A stretch of 62,905 bases of DNA, the filler included, from Choristocarpus tenellus KU-1152 (Eukaryota; Protista; Phaeophyceae), in the NCBI GenBank assembly GCA_964200185.2. It is 9 parts of 9 records of this genome, joined end to end, with 100 filler letters (N's around TTAATTAATTAA, not from the genome) between each part and the next. Parts side by side here need not be neighbours in the genome. Positions count along the whole stretch, not along the records: positions 58,285 to 62,905 come from CAXNAD020013758.1; 8 more parts are not named here. One strand, given 5' to 3'. A model generated the notes under the pieces. That model did not search any database. It was not told the DNA's origin and worked only from the letters and a program-made list of their open reading frames with translations. Both the position numbers and the translations under genes were made by a program. Position 1 is the stretch's first letter. The number at the start of each line of letters is the position of its first letter. Shown here piece after piece: positions 61,241 through 62,905 of this stretch.

Positions 61241-62150
61241 TTAGGTTTTGAAATTGTGAGGTTCATGGGCTAACAGATACTCGCAAGTATGTCGGATGAG
61301 AGGAGTATTGGGCAGCCTACCACTTGATACAAAATAGAGTGATGTCAGCATGCTGCAGGCACTACATTTGAACGTCGTACCAAGATTGAAAGTGGAGTTC
61401 GACAGCCAACAGTGCACACAGCAACTCCTGTATGATGTTGTAAGTCCCTCTTTCAATATCACAATTAACCCTTGTATAGAAATGAGAGTCCATCCCATGG
61501 GAAGGAAGTGCATCATACTACTTGATGTAATTTTTTCTTCTGAGAGTTCTCAAAACATTTGTGTTCTTTAATTTTAATTTCACCTCACTCTGTGGAATAA
61601 ATGCTTTAATTCTTTTGCTTTTGCAGAGTGGGAAGGCGCACCAAAATAAATAGTAAGATATATTTAATGGTTTAATTTAATTATGTGGACACTTTGTATT
61701 CAGGTCCTGTTGAAGTATGGGATTGTGATTCAGATAAATACGTTAGGGTCCCCTCATAACGAATGTATACACAGGTAAGTCCCCTCAAGTACCTCTGTTT
61801 CACCACACCACCTAGTTATATGAAGTATGCATAGCAAGCAAATCAACTACAACAACATCAACTCTTGTTTGTATGAAACAAATGAATGAGCCATACATAC
61901 CCAACAAGAAATGTCAACTTGGTTGGGTCATTCTTGGTATGCAGTGACGTTCCCTTGGCTTGAAAAGCTCCAAGAAGCAGCACCTTCTGAACGGTTCCCT
62001 AAGTATGATGAGTAGAAGAATACATACCGCTGCATGCATATGCTCTTCCTTAGGACGTAAGCGAACTGAGAAACTACACCAATGCCTGAAGTATACAATG
62101 ACAATGCCAGCCTGTCATCTACCTCGTAAGCCCTCCACAATAGAACAATA
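61241..62150 (-). mobile_element. Possible highly degraded piggyBac-like transposase C-terminus
   Basis: CVHC......TTFKCSAC....YF.......HTC....H resembles the piggyBac C-terminal Cys-rich domain; upstream EVDDRLALSLY weakly resembles VDxxDQLxxxY. No TIRs identified. Confidence 0.3.
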
Positions 62151-62905
62151 GAAGATGTGATTTAAGAACAACCACAAGGATATACATACAGGCGGGCCAT
62201 AACAATGATCAAAAACAGTAACAGCCTGACCTTCAGCTCACCCACCGCAGATGCCCTCTTCTATCAGGAAAGAGAGAAGCGACACCATGGAAACGACACA
62301 AAAACTTGAGATCATTTGGGGGGTTTATGGAGACCATGTGTCCATTTCTTTCACAGCCCCCCCCAAAATAAATCTTGTTAACTCTTTGGCTAGTTCTTCC
62401 CCTTCAGTCTTCTCAGCAAAATGTCTTGTCACACAAGTTCACTAGATATGAACAGCAAGGAACTGCCGGTGCATCCTTGTTTTGTATTACCATACTTATA
62501 ATACCATGGGGGGGAGGGGAACATTCAAACAAGGGTATTGTACCAGAATCTAGAGTATTTTCATCGATACTCTCCTTCAAAACTCAATCCCTCTTACTGC
62601 TGTATTGCGGTAGCTTGCTCTCTACCACGTATGCACAAAAAACTCAACGCAAACACCTGTACTATGATATTGGCTGTCATGATAATATCCTCACAACATC
62701 TTCAGTGTATTTCACTATACAATAATAAAAACAAGAGTCAAGTTTTGAATTTACGTCAAAGATTCATACTAAATGATGAGTAGGAATCTTCCATACTATT
62801 TCCCTCCCCCAAGGACTGCGGGGGTGTTCCAGGAGGCAAGTCAGAAAAGATGTCTTCTCCAACCTGAACATCAGCAGGCACATGCATGGCAATGGTGGGG
62901 TGGGG

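Overview
Eukaryotic, intron-rich DNA. The red-lineage LHC gene and bipartite plastid-targeting peptides point to a photosynthetic stramenopile, most likely a brown alga (inference). The window is not contiguous: it is nine contig segments joined by eight artificial 100-bp spacers (N44-TTAATTAATTAA-N44), so no linkage across spacers can be assumed. Most ORFs in the supplied track are spurious or exon fragments, so I rebuilt genes by hand from GT/AG junctions and frame continuity. Genes found: the 5' part of SMC6, a WD40-like gene, a plastid-targeted PDZ-like gene head-to-head with a complete 4-exon LHC gene, a GH16 beta-glucanase-family gene lacking both catalytic glutamates, three cullin exons, and two unidentified gene ends. 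Transposons are abundant: three plant-mariner-like (DD37D) copies, a gag-only Copia-type LTR element nested in one of them, about 17 copies of related MITEs (families A/B with 4-bp TSDs and G-A/G-G-like ends, Sola2-like), CRE/RLE and RTE LINE remnants, and a possible piggyBac relic. Contig 1 is peppered with short TTAGGG/CCCTAA tracts, one clearly inserted in register into a MITE terminal repeat. Coordinates were counted by eye and may be off by a few bases.
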